Translations under genes and position numbers: made by a program
Assembly (NCBI RefSeq): GCF_964031615.1
Contig: NZ_CAXIQN010000022.1
Span: 19,090 to 83,089, forward strand
Length of the DNA stretch: 64,000 nucleotides
Origin: Duganella fentianensis
GTDB taxonomy: Bacteria; Pseudomonadota; Gammaproteobacteria; Burkholderiales; Burkholderiaceae_D
Direction of reading: 5' to 3'
The notes under the pieces: generated by a model
The model's database searches: none
What the model was told of the DNA's origin: nothing
The model's input: only the letters and a program-made list of their open reading frames with translations
Part shown: one piece after another, positions 30,155-42,334 of the stretch
How the letters are laid out: the number at the start of each line of letters is the position of its first letter
Numbering within the stretch: the first letter of the stretch is position 1

Positions 30155-30868
30155 ATGGCAAATATTCTGGTAGTGGACGATGAAATGGGTATCCGCGAGT
30201 TGCTCTCGGAGATACTGAGCGACGAAGGACATGCAATAACTCTGGCCGAGAACGCCCAGCAGGCGCGCGAAGCCCGTGCCGCCGGGGCACCCGATCTGGT
30301 GCTGCTCGATATCTGGATGCCGGATACGGATGGCGTGACACTGCTCAAGGAATGGCAGCGCGATGGCTTGCTGACTATGCCGGTGATCATGATGTCGGGC
30401 CACGCCACCATCGATACGGCAGTGGAAGCGACGCGCATCGGTGCGCTCAACTTCCTCGAAAAGCCAATTGCTTTACAGAAACTTCTGAAGGCGGTGCAGC
30501 AGGGCCTGACCCGTGCGCAGGAAACCGTACGGGCGCCGGCGCTGGCCAGCCGTCCGGTGGTGGCCAGTCCGGTGGAAGAAAGCAGCACCAGCAGCTTTGG
30601 TCAGCCTAGTCCGGCAGCAGCGATAGCCGTGCGTGGCGGCGCCACCATCGCCGGTGCCGACAACCACATGTTTAACCTGTCGTTCGATCTGCCTCTGCGC
30701 GAAGCCCGTGATGCCTTCGAGCGCATGTACTTCGAGCACCATCTGGGTCGCGAAGGGGGCAGCATGACCCGTGTGGCCGAGAAGACGGGGCTGGAACGTA
30801 CCCACCTGTATCGCAAGCTCAAGCAGCTGGGCGTAGAGCCGGGCAAACTGGCCAAGAAAGGCGTGTAA
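30155..30868 (+). CDS. NtrX-like response regulator (REC + Fis-type HTH, no AAA+)
   Basis: LVVDDE, LDIWMP, FLEKP, TGLERTHLYRKLK. Confidence 0.92.
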   Translation: MANILVVDDEMGIRELLSEILSDEGHAITLAENAQQAREARAAGAPDLVLLDIWMPDTDGVTLLKEWQRDGLLTMPVIMMSGHATIDTAVEATRIGALNFLEKPIALQKLLKAVQQGLTRAQETVRAPALASRPVVASPVEESSTSSFGQPSPAAAIAVRGGATIAGADNHMFNLSFDLPLREARDAFERMYFEHHLGREGGSMTRVAEKTGLERTHLYRKLKQLGVEPGKLAKKGV

Positions 30869-30872
30869 GCCG

Positions 30873-31271
30873 GTGACCGGCGCAGCAGCACGCGCGCCGG
30901 TGCCCACCTGGCTGGCGACGGGCGCAGGGCGCGAAGCGGCGATTGCCGCCCGCCTTGGCGCGCCCGCTGCGCCGTCACCAGACGCTGGTTCCAGCGTCGT
31001 CATCCTCGAAGGCATGCCCACCGGGCTATCGCCGCTGGCCGATCTGGCCGATACCTCTCCTAGTGTGCAAGTGTTGCGAATTGCTCCCGGTTGCCTGCAT
31101 TGCAGCGGCAATCTGGTTTTGCGAGTAACATTGAACCGTGTTCTGCGTCATCCGCCCGAGCAGCTATATATCGGGCTGGCCAGCGCCGAGCACCTTGAGC
31201 TGTTGCGTGACTTTTTACAGGCGGCCCCGTATGCCGCCTTGCTGGACCTGCAAGCTGATCTGGCGGCCTGA
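30873..31271 (+). CDS. Small protein resembling a degenerate CobW/YeiR-type GTPase N-terminus
   Basis: APGCLHCSGNLVLRVTLNRVLR..PEQLYIG; family call is inference. Confidence 0.6.
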   Translation: MTGAAARAPVPTWLATGAGREAAIAARLGAPAAPSPDAGSSVVILEGMPTGLSPLADLADTSPSVQVLRIAPGCLHCSGNLVLRVTLNRVLRHPPEQLYIGLASAEHLELLRDFLQAAPYAALLDLQADLAA

Positions 31272-31276
31272 ACCCT

Positions 31277-31328
31277 GCCGCCGGAGCGCCGGCCGCCGGA
31301 TCGCCGGCCGCCGGATCGCCGGCCGCCG
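31277..31328. repeat. 15-bp tandem repeat GCCGCCGGATCGCCG x3.5
   Basis: Copies start at 31277 (one mismatch), 31292, 31307; partial at 31322. Confidence 0.9.
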
Positions 31329-31330
31329 TA

Positions 31331-31359
31331 CTTGTAAAAGGGCGTCACCAGCCCCACTT
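31331..31359 (+). promoter_or_regulatory. Candidate sigma-32 (RpoH) promoter
   Basis: CTTGTAA-N14-CCCCACTT vs consensus CTTGAAA-N13-14-CCCCAT. Confidence 0.4.
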
Positions 31360-31412
31360 CGGTGGGGACGACGCAACCGACCAGTGTTACGTCCCTAGTG
31401 AAAGGAAGCAGC

Positions 31413-31670
31413 ATGAACCTCATCTATAACAGCGAACAGTTCAGCGTCCTCGAGTTTGGTGTCGACCGCAGCCATGAAGCCTTGCGCTTTGGCGGCTATG
31501 AAATTGTCGACAAAGGGGGCAAACGTGAAATCTTCATCAACGGCATACTGGCGCAGAATTTCCGCCGCGACGTTAGCGAACTGATCGCGAGCGAACCGAC
31601 GATGGCCGAGATCGACGAATTCCTCGGCAGCTACAACGAAGTCATGAGCTATCCCGCGACGCTGCACTGA
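31413..31670 (+). CDS. DUF3567 / BTH_I0359 family protein
   Basis: AAGGAAG RBS; MNLIYNSEQF, GGYEIVDK...REIFI, EIDEFLGSY. Confidence 0.8.
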   Translation: MNLIYNSEQFSVLEFGVDRSHEALRFGGYEIVDKGGKREIFINGILAQNFRRDVSELIASEPTMAEIDEFLGSYNEVMSYPATLH

Positions 31671-31725
31671 GTTGTGGCCAGCGTCGTCAGGCCTAGTGGG
31701 CTTGGCGCTTTTATTTGCTATCAGT

Positions 31726-31760
31726 AAGCCCCTCGCTGCACATTACGAGGGGCTTATTTC
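31726..31760 (+). terminator. Intrinsic terminator after DUF3567
   Basis: AAGCCCCTCG-loop-CGAGGGGCTT then ATTTCTTT. Confidence 0.75.
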
Positions 31761-31848
31761 TTTGCGCTGCATCGCAGAATGCCGTTTGTTTGGCATTTCA
31801 TTAAACTTTACTTGCTCGTTACTACCAGGGTGTGCCTGCACGCAATCT

Positions 31849-32188
31849 CCTCGTATTTATCGGGGCAGGGAGATCAGGCAGTATCTGCGAGCAAAAAACG
31901 CCTTGGGTTGTTGTCTGGCAAAGGACACGATTTTGTGCATCCGTTTTCCAGCCAAAGCGACCTTGATCGAAGAATCCTTGCATGCACTACAGTTTTCGAC
32001 GGGGCTTTACAATTGTGTCGTCGATCGCACAGGCAATCTGCGGGCGAATCTGGCGATGGAATATCAGGCGGCCAGCATGCTGGTTGCTCATCAGCACAGG
32101 TGGAAATTGCCAACGCGCGAAACAGGGGAGAATTGTCGGCGCCTGCGGCTGTATTCCCGTACCATATCTGCGAGTGGAGGAGCGCTAA
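31849..32188 (+). pseudogene. Start-less remnant of a putative zincin-like (EExxH) polymorphic-toxin domain
   Basis: Frame of ORF 31672-32280 reads EIRQYLRAKNALG...DTIL...ATLIEESLHALQ...LAMEYQAASML...WKLP..E...RLRLY; no plausible start; family call from memory. Confidence 0.5.
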
Positions 32189-32189
32189 C

Positions 32190-32459
32190 ATGGCATTTAC
32201 GTTTGAAATTACGCAGATCAGCAGACTCGCTCAAGCCCATGTTGGAATTCTTGATGGGAAGCTGCTTGAAGGGGCGATAGTTACGGGAACCATCGTCCAT
32301 CTGGTGCATGGCGACCAGCGCTTGCCGTTACGGGTGAAAGGCGTGGTACTGGATGCAGCAGGGCGGAGCGATGGTGCGCTGAGCGTTACGGTTGACTTGC
32401 GCGAGCAAGCGATGCAACTAGCCCGCGTTGGCGATAGGCTGACTGCAATGGAGCATTGA
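32190..32459 (+). CDS. 89-aa beta-barrel-like protein (EF-Tu domain II-like), candidate immunity protein
   Basis: GGAGG RBS at 32176-32180; FTFEITQIS...ILDGKLLEGAIVTG pattern resembles translation-factor domain II. Confidence 0.7.
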   Translation: MAFTFEITQISRLAQAHVGILDGKLLEGAIVTGTIVHLVHGDQRLPLRVKGVVLDAAGRSDGALSVTVDLREQAMQLARVGDRLTAMEH

Positions 32460-32497
32460 ATTGCCGCGTGACAGCGGCCAGTGGTTATAATCGGGTG

Positions 32498-33271
32498 ATG
32501 TGCCAATTACTCGCAATGAATTGCAATGTGCCCACCGACATTGTGTTCAGTTTTACCGGCTTCGCCATGCGTGGCGGCCAGACCGATACCCACCATGATG
32601 GCTGGGGCATCGCCTTTTTCGAAGGCGCCGGTGTGCGCCATTTCGTTGACCATCAGGCGGCCGTCAGTTCGCCTATCGCCGAACTGATCAAGCGCTATCC
32701 CATCAAGTCCAAGAACGTCATCGCCCATATCCGCAAGGCTACGCAGGGGCAGGTGGCGCTGGAAAACTGCCATCCTTTCGTGCGCGAGCTGTGGGGCCAG
32801 TACTGGGTGTTTGCCCATAATGGCGATCTGAAAGCCTTCGCGCCCGTGCTCGATGGCCCGTACCGTCCCGTCGGCAGTACCGATAGCGAGCTGGCGTTCT
32901 GCTACATCATGCAGCAATTGCGCAACCGTTTCGGCACCGAACGTCCCGCCCGTGCTGCCCTGCGTGCTGCGCTGGCCGAGCTGACGCAGGAAATTGCCGC
33001 CTATGGCACTTTCAATATGCTGCTGTCCTCGGGGGCCGAACTGTTTGCCCATTGCTCCACCAATCTCGTATATCTGGTGCGCCAGTATCCGTTTGACACG
33101 GCGCAGCTGTCGGATGAAGATGTGCAGGTGGACTTCTCGCAGGTGACGACTCCGAACGACAGGGTTGCCATCATTGTGACGCAGCCGCTGACGACCAATG
33201 AACAATGGACGGCGTTTCAGCCCGGTGAATTGAAAGTGTTCGTGGACGGCATGCCGGAAACGCAACTGTGA
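32498..33271 (+). CDS. Class II glutamine amidotransferase (YafJ-like)
   Basis: MCQLL N-terminal Cys, DGWGIAF, AHIRKAT, NCHPF, FAHNG, GSTDSE. Confidence 0.93.
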   Translation: MCQLLAMNCNVPTDIVFSFTGFAMRGGQTDTHHDGWGIAFFEGAGVRHFVDHQAAVSSPIAELIKRYPIKSKNVIAHIRKATQGQVALENCHPFVRELWGQYWVFAHNGDLKAFAPVLDGPYRPVGSTDSELAFCYIMQQLRNRFGTERPARAALRAALAELTQEIAAYGTFNMLLSSGAELFAHCSTNLVYLVRQYPFDTAQLSDEDVQVDFSQVTTPNDRVAIIVTQPLTTNEQWTAFQPGELKVFVDGMPETQL

Positions 33272-33356
33272 TGTAAATATTTCAAGACATGGTCGCGTTT
33301 TAATGTCAAAATAACAGCATGGCGGACTATCGCCGCTTTTTTTACTGGCAAACGCG

Positions 33357-34637
33357 ATGATCGAACTATCTCCCCGTGGCCCCGAAGCCGACAATTTGCG
33401 CGTGCGCGAATTCTATCTGGGACGGCAACCGATACTGGACCGTAACCAGTCGCTGTTTGCCTACGAATTGCTATTCCGCAATGCGCCGGTGGGGCCGGCC
33501 CGCGTCAGCAACGCGCTGACTGCCACCGCGGCCGTGATTGCCCATGCTTCGCAGCTGGGCATGGAGCGCACGGTGGGCGATGCGATGGGCTTCGTCAATG
33601 TCGATGCCGAAGTGCTCATGACGGACATCTTTTCCTTCCTGCCGCGCGAACGGCTGGTGCTGGAAGTGAGCGAGCAGACGCCGGTTACGCCCGTGCTGAT
33701 CAGCCGCATGGCCGAACTGCATGCCCAGGGGTTCCGCTTTGCGCTGGACGAAGTGCAGGGCACGGCGCCGGGCCTGCACCGTCTGCTGCCGCTGGTCGAT
33801 TATGTGAAGCTGGACGTACAGCAGGTAGATCTGTCCAGTCTGATGAAGCTGGCTCCCCGTTTCCGCGAAAGCCGCAAAACCCTGATCGCGGAAAAAGTGG
33901 AAACCCGCGAAGAATTCAAGAACTGTCTGGATCTGGGCTTCGACTACTTCCAGGGCTATTACTTTGCCAAGCCCGTCATCATGAGCGGCAAGAAGCTGTC
34001 GCCGTCGCAGCTGGCCGTGATGGAGCTGATGACGCTGGTCACCTCCGACGCTGACAATACCGAAATCGAACGTGCCATCAAACGTGACGTGTCGCTGGCG
34101 CTGAACCTGCTGCGGCTGGTCAACACGCCCGCCGTGGGGCTGCGCCACCGCGTCGACTCGCTCAGTCAGGCTGTGATGATCCTGGGGCGGCGCCAGTTGC
34201 AGCGCTGGCTGCAGATCATGCTGTATGCGGAGCCCAGCAAACGGGGCCATAGCATGACCCCGCTGCTGATGCTGGCCACTACCCGTGGCCGTCTGCTGGA
34301 GCTGCTGGCCGGTAAGCTGCGACCATCCCATCGCCAGTCGGCTGAAATCGCCTTCACGGTAGGCATCATGTCGCTGATGGATACCCTGTTCGGTCTGCCG
34401 ATGGCCGACATTCTCGCGCAAATCCCCGTCAGTGCCGAAGTCACCAGCGCGCTGCTCGAGCGCGAAGGCTTCTTCGGCGATCTGCTACGGTTGGCCGAAT
34501 GCATAGAACGCATCGAGGACCTCGATCATCAGCTGATGCCGACGCTGCGCGATCTGGCCGTTTCCACCGACGATCTGCTGGAACTGGAAATGGCGGCCTT
34601 CGAGTGGAGCGATAACGTGGTGCGTTACGCACTCTGA
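33357..34637 (+). CDS. EAL + HDOD domain signalling protein
   Basis: RQPILD...AYELL, FALD, IAEKVET, FQGYYF; HDOD LLRLVN, FTVGIMSLMD. Confidence 0.9.
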   Translation: MIELSPRGPEADNLRVREFYLGRQPILDRNQSLFAYELLFRNAPVGPARVSNALTATAAVIAHASQLGMERTVGDAMGFVNVDAEVLMTDIFSFLPRERLVLEVSEQTPVTPVLISRMAELHAQGFRFALDEVQGTAPGLHRLLPLVDYVKLDVQQVDLSSLMKLAPRFRESRKTLIAEKVETREEFKNCLDLGFDYFQGYYFAKPVIMSGKKLSPSQLAVMELMTLVTSDADNTEIERAIKRDVSLALNLLRLVNTPAVGLRHRVDSLSQAVMILGRRQLQRWLQIMLYAEPSKRGHSMTPLLMLATTRGRLLELLAGKLRPSHRQSAEIAFTVGIMSLMDTLFGLPMADILAQIPVSAEVTSALLEREGFFGDLLRLAECIERIEDLDHQLMPTLRDLAVSTDDLLELEMAAFEWSDNVVRYAL

Positions 34638-34667
34638 TGTCGCCGGCCGCGCCGGTTTGTGTCGGCA

Positions 34668-35057
34668 TCAGGTAGCATGTCCCGCGCCCGGCCAGTGCTT
34701 GTGCAGTTCCGGATCGGTACGCATTTCCCATAGCGCCAGTACCACCACCGCAATGCCGACGAGCAGCGAATTCCACATCAGTTCGCGGTTGTCGGCGATT
34801 TTCATCAGCCACGGTGACAGTGCCACCCACAGGCCGACGAGCAGATTCAGCAGCACTGCCCAGAAATAGGTTTTGTACAGGTCAAACGTGGCCAGCACGG
34901 CCATCACGGCGCCCGAGATCATGGCCGTTCCTGCCTGTATCGACGGGATGGGATAAGAGAAGACCCACGGCGAAACAAAGAACCACAAGCCCAGCAGCAG
35001 AATCAGCTGATCCTGCCAGCGCTTCAGGGATGGTTGGTTTTCCGGATGAGTTGCCAT
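34668..35057 (-). CDS. SPW repeat membrane protein
   Basis: Two GLW...SPW repeats; strong AAGGAGG RBS. Confidence 0.85.
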   Translation of the reverse strand: MATHPENQPSLKRWQDQLILLLGLWFFVSPWVFSYPIPSIQAGTAMISGAVMAVLATFDLYKTYFWAVLLNLLVGLWVALSPWLMKIADNRELMWNSLLVGIAVVVLALWEMRTDPELHKHWPGAGHAT

Positions 35058-35217
35058 ATACACCTCCTTGAGAGAGCCGCCGGATGGCGACGTTCCCGTT
35101 TAGGTTCGCTGTTGCGCGAAAAGTTCATATTTTTGTATTTCCCTTTAGCTATCTTGCCTAATTGGCATGCCCTCGCTATGCTGGCCGCTTATCGAAACAC
35201 CAGCGACGGGAAAGCTT

Positions 35218-36159
35218 ATGGCAGCGGTTCTACTTAGCGTCAATCAGCTCAGCAAATCCTACGGTGCGCGCAAGGCCGTGGATGGGGTGAGTTTTCAGGT
35301 ACAGCAGGGCCAGACGGTGGGGCTGATCGGCCCTAACGGCGCTGGCAAGTCCACCACGGTGAGCATGATCTGCGGCCTGCTGCGCAGCGATAGCGGCAGC
35401 ATTCTGCTGAACGGCGAGCCAGTCACGCAGGGCGCCAGTGCGGCCAAGCGGCTGATCGGCTATGTGCCGCAGGATCTGGCGCTGTACGAAGACCTGTCCT
35501 CGCTGGAAAATCTGAAACTGTTCGGCGCGCTGTATGGCCTCAAGGGCGCGCAACTCAAGCAGCGCTGCGAACAGGTGCTGGCGCTGGTCAACCTGAGCGA
35601 CCGCGCGGGCGACAATCCTTCTACCTTCTCGGGCGGCATGAAGCGCCGGCTGAATATCGCTGCTGCGCTGCTGCATGAGCCGCAACTGCTGATCCTCGAC
35701 GAGCCTACCGTGGGGGTGGATCCGCAAAGCCGCAATGCCATCTTCGATACGCTGGAAGCGCTGCAGGCGCAAGGCTGCGCGCTGATCTACACCAGCCACT
35801 ACATGGAAGAAGTGGAGCGGCTGGCCGACCATCTGGTCATCATCGACCACGGCAAGGTGCTGGCCGATGAAACGCCCGCAGCGCTGTACCAGCGCCTGCC
35901 CGCGCAGGCCGCGCTGCAGGTGGAACTGGCGGCGCCAGCCGGTGCAGCGCTGCTGGCTGCGCTGTCCGGGCTGGACGGCGTGAGCAGCGTGCAGGCCAGC
36001 GGCCAGCGGCTCGACATCGGGCTGGCCGATGCGGCGCAGGCGGCGGCCGTGCTGGGCTGGCTGGCCGGTCAGGGCGTGACCCTGCTGCATTTCGCCACGG
36101 CGAAAACTTCGCTGGAAAACATCTTCCTCAACCTCACTGGCCGTTCGCTGCGCGACTGA
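35218..36159 (+). CDS. ABC transporter ATP-binding protein (ABC-2 exporter)
   Basis: GPNGAGKST, FSGGMKRR, LILDEPT, TSHYMEE. Confidence 0.95.
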   Translation: MAAVLLSVNQLSKSYGARKAVDGVSFQVQQGQTVGLIGPNGAGKSTTVSMICGLLRSDSGSILLNGEPVTQGASAAKRLIGYVPQDLALYEDLSSLENLKLFGALYGLKGAQLKQRCEQVLALVNLSDRAGDNPSTFSGGMKRRLNIAAALLHEPQLLILDEPTVGVDPQSRNAIFDTLEALQAQGCALIYTSHYMEEVERLADHLVIIDHGKVLADETPAALYQRLPAQAALQVELAAPAGAALLAALSGLDGVSSVQASGQRLDIGLADAAQAAAVLGWLAGQGVTLLHFATAKTSLENIFLNLTGRSLRD

Positions 36160-36164
36160 TCACC

Positions 36165-37478
36165 ATGACTGCTCTGATAGCTCTGATCCGCAAGGACTTG
36201 AAACTGTATCTGCGCGACAAACGCGCACTGATGATGCACCTGCTGATGCCGGTAGTACTGGCCGCCTTCTTCGGTTCGCTGTTCGGCGGCGGGCCGGAAG
36301 CCAGTACCAGCAAGGTCGAAGTGGGCGTGGTACTGCTCGACCAGTCGGAGGTGGGCAAGCAGATTGCTGCCGGCCTGCAGGCTGATAGCGCACTCAAGGT
36401 CAGCCTGCTGGATGAAGGGGCGGCGCAGCAGCTGGTGCGCAAAGGCAAGCTGCCGGTAGCGGTGGTGATTCCGGCCGGCTTCGGCCAGAGCGCCGCCGAC
36501 GCGCTGTTCAGCGGCATCGACAAGCCCAGCCTGACGGTCTACTACGATCCTTCCCAGTCGACCATGCTGGCCATGGTCAAAGGTCTGCTGACCCAGCAGG
36601 TGATGCAGGCCAGCAGCGCCGCCGCCTTCAGCTTCAAAGACAGCAGCCTCACCAGCAAACAATTGGAAAAAGTGGCCAGCAGCGATCTGGCTGCCAGCGA
36701 CAAGGCGCAACTGAGCGACTTCCTCGGCAGTCTGAAAAAATATCAGGATCAGCGCGCTGCCAGTGCGCAGCAGGAACAGGCGGCAGGCAAGGCTGATCCC
36801 GCTCAGGCAGACAAGCCGGCGGGCGGCATGAGCGTGCCGTTCAGCACCAAGGATGAAGCACTGAGCAGCGGTCCCCGTTACAACGGCTATGCCCACTCGT
36901 TTGCCGGCATGGGCGTACAGTTCATTCTGTTCATGGGCATCGATATGGGCATCAGCATCTTGCTGGCGCGTCGTACCGGCATCTGGAACCGCCTGATGGC
37001 GGCGCCCGTCACGCTGACGACTGTGCTGCTGGGACGGGGCCTGTCCGGCGCGCTGATTGCGCTGGGGCTGATGTGCGCGCTGTTCGCCTGCGCCATGCTG
37101 ATCTTTAAAGTCACCATCAGCACGCTGGCCGGCTTCCTGATACTAGCCACTAGTTTTGCCCTGATGACGGCGGCCTTCGGCCTGCTGATCGCTGCTTTCG
37201 GCAAGACGCCGGAAGCGGCCCGCGGCATGGCCGTGTTTGCCACCATGATCATGGTCATGCTGGGCGGCGCATGGGTGCCATCGTTTATCTTCCCCGAGTG
37301 GATGCAGCAGGTCACGCTGGCCATTCCTACCCGCTGGGCAGTAGATGGCTTCGATGCCGTGACGTGGCGCGGACTGGGGCTGGACGCGGCGTTGCCGCCG
37401 GTAGCCGTGCTGCTGGGCTTTGCGCTGGTTTTTGCCGGTCTTGCGATCTGGAAATTCCGCCGCGAGGCGCAGCAGTAG
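36165..37478 (+). CDS. ABC-2 family permease
   Basis: N-terminal TM, large periplasmic loop, 5-6 C-terminal TMs, LGGAWVP. Confidence 0.9.
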   Translation: MTALIALIRKDLKLYLRDKRALMMHLLMPVVLAAFFGSLFGGGPEASTSKVEVGVVLLDQSEVGKQIAAGLQADSALKVSLLDEGAAQQLVRKGKLPVAVVIPAGFGQSAADALFSGIDKPSLTVYYDPSQSTMLAMVKGLLTQQVMQASSAAAFSFKDSSLTSKQLEKVASSDLAASDKAQLSDFLGSLKKYQDQRAASAQQEQAAGKADPAQADKPAGGMSVPFSTKDEALSSGPRYNGYAHSFAGMGVQFILFMGIDMGISILLARRTGIWNRLMAAPVTLTTVLLGRGLSGALIALGLMCALFACAMLIFKVTISTLAGFLILATSFALMTAAFGLLIAAFGKTPEAARGMAVFATMIMVMLGGAWVPSFIFPEWMQQVTLAIPTRWAVDGFDAVTWRGLGLDAALPPVAVLLGFALVFAGLAIWKFRREAQQ

Positions 37479-37504
37479 CGCAAATCAGCAGCTTCATCCG
37501 GTAA

Positions 37505-37586
37505 CACGTAACGGGATGGCCGTCCGGCGCACGGGCTAAAGTTTCCTTGAATCAACCCGATATTTAAGGAAACATTCTGTTACGTG
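37505..37586. promoter_or_regulatory. Nested inverted repeats, candidate operator
   Basis: CACGTAAC (37505-12)/GTTACGTG (37579-86); GTTTCCTTgAAT (37541-52)/ATTtAAGGAAAC (37562-73). Confidence 0.5.
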
Positions 37587-37594
37587 AGTAAACG

Positions 37595-38233
37595 ATGGCT
37601 TTACCCATCCGGACGCTGATCGCGCATTGCGTGAATCAGGTCATACGCCAGTACTACCCCAGACAATACAGTTCGCTGTGTCATGTGTATGCCATCGTCG
37701 GTTCCAACCTGATCAGCATCGTGCTGGACCGCGTCTACCGCCCCGTGGCGGGGCTGGCCGCGGTCGACTGCGGTGCTGGCCAGTTGATGACCATGCTCGA
37801 CAATGCCGCGTTTGCCCAGCCCGAAGGCGGCGCCTATCACTGCTGGATCGAGTCGGCCGATGATCTGGTCAGCGAGCGCGAAGTGGTCGATCTGACCTTC
37901 CGCCACAACCACACCTACGCCGAGCAGAACGGCTTCCGCTGGCAGCGTGCCTTGCCGCCGGATTTTTTGTGGGGTAAGCAGAGCAGCATCGTGGTGCAGG
38001 CACCGCTGCACGCGATACCGCGCGCCTTCCCTGAGGGCATGGTGTGGCTGCAGGAAACCGATGAAGGCTGGCAGTGGATGATGCGCCAGCTACAGCAGCA
38101 CGAGAACGCGTTCGTGAAACTGACAGCGGAAGCGCTGAAGCTGTTTCAGGCCCATCTGGCGCCCGATTCGGCGCTGCTGGCCCGTGCGCCCGCCACGCAG
38201 ACGCCCGCCACCTTGCTGATGGCGGCGGTTTAG
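37595..38233 (+). CDS. Hypothetical protein with putative Cys-His-Asp triad
   Basis: SLC29HVYA, YH82CW, VVD99LT; host-like codon use. Confidence 0.75.
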   Translation: MALPIRTLIAHCVNQVIRQYYPRQYSSLCHVYAIVGSNLISIVLDRVYRPVAGLAAVDCGAGQLMTMLDNAAFAQPEGGAYHCWIESADDLVSEREVVDLTFRHNHTYAEQNGFRWQRALPPDFLWGKQSSIVVQAPLHAIPRAFPEGMVWLQETDEGWQWMMRQLQQHENAFVKLTAEALKLFQAHLAPDSALLARAPATQTPATLLMAAV

Positions 38234-38292
38234 CGCTAGCCCTGCGCCAGAGGCGGCAGGGCTGGCGAGCCGCGCTTGCGGCCCACGCGCGA

Positions 38293-42093
<3,801 letters not shown>

Positions 42094-42334
42094 TTGTTAC
42101 TCTCTGAGATCGTGGACAGGCAGGGTCCAGAAGTTGACGGCGGTCTAAGATTATACGGCATTGCAAAATTTGCTTCAGAAAAGCGCGGCGACTCAGCAAC
42201 AAAATGCCAGTTTGGGCGTGTCGCCCACGCTAAGTTGTGAAACAATAGTGATGCCGTAGGGCAATGCGGCAACCCGTATAGTCGATGAGTGAAATATCCG
42301 CGTGGTGGATATTGCAACGCAAAGGAAGTTGACG

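Noticed and set aside
31914-31958. c-di-GMP-I riboswitch-like GGCAAA hairpin
   Set aside because: Lacks the GNRA loop and GACGCAAAGC second stem; lies within the toxin-like frame.
31672-32280. 202-aa ORF as an expressed gene
   Set aside because: Start has no RBS, the ORF crosses a terminator and overlaps the next gene by 91 nt; only the middle looks protein-like, so it is reported as a remnant.
35162-35178. Sigma-54 promoter before the ABC ATPase
   Set aside because: GG-to-GC spacing is one base short of the invariant -24/-12 geometry.
42094-42334. SAH or cobalamin riboswitch upstream of metH
   Set aside because: I could not find the conserved cores; only short hairpins are present.
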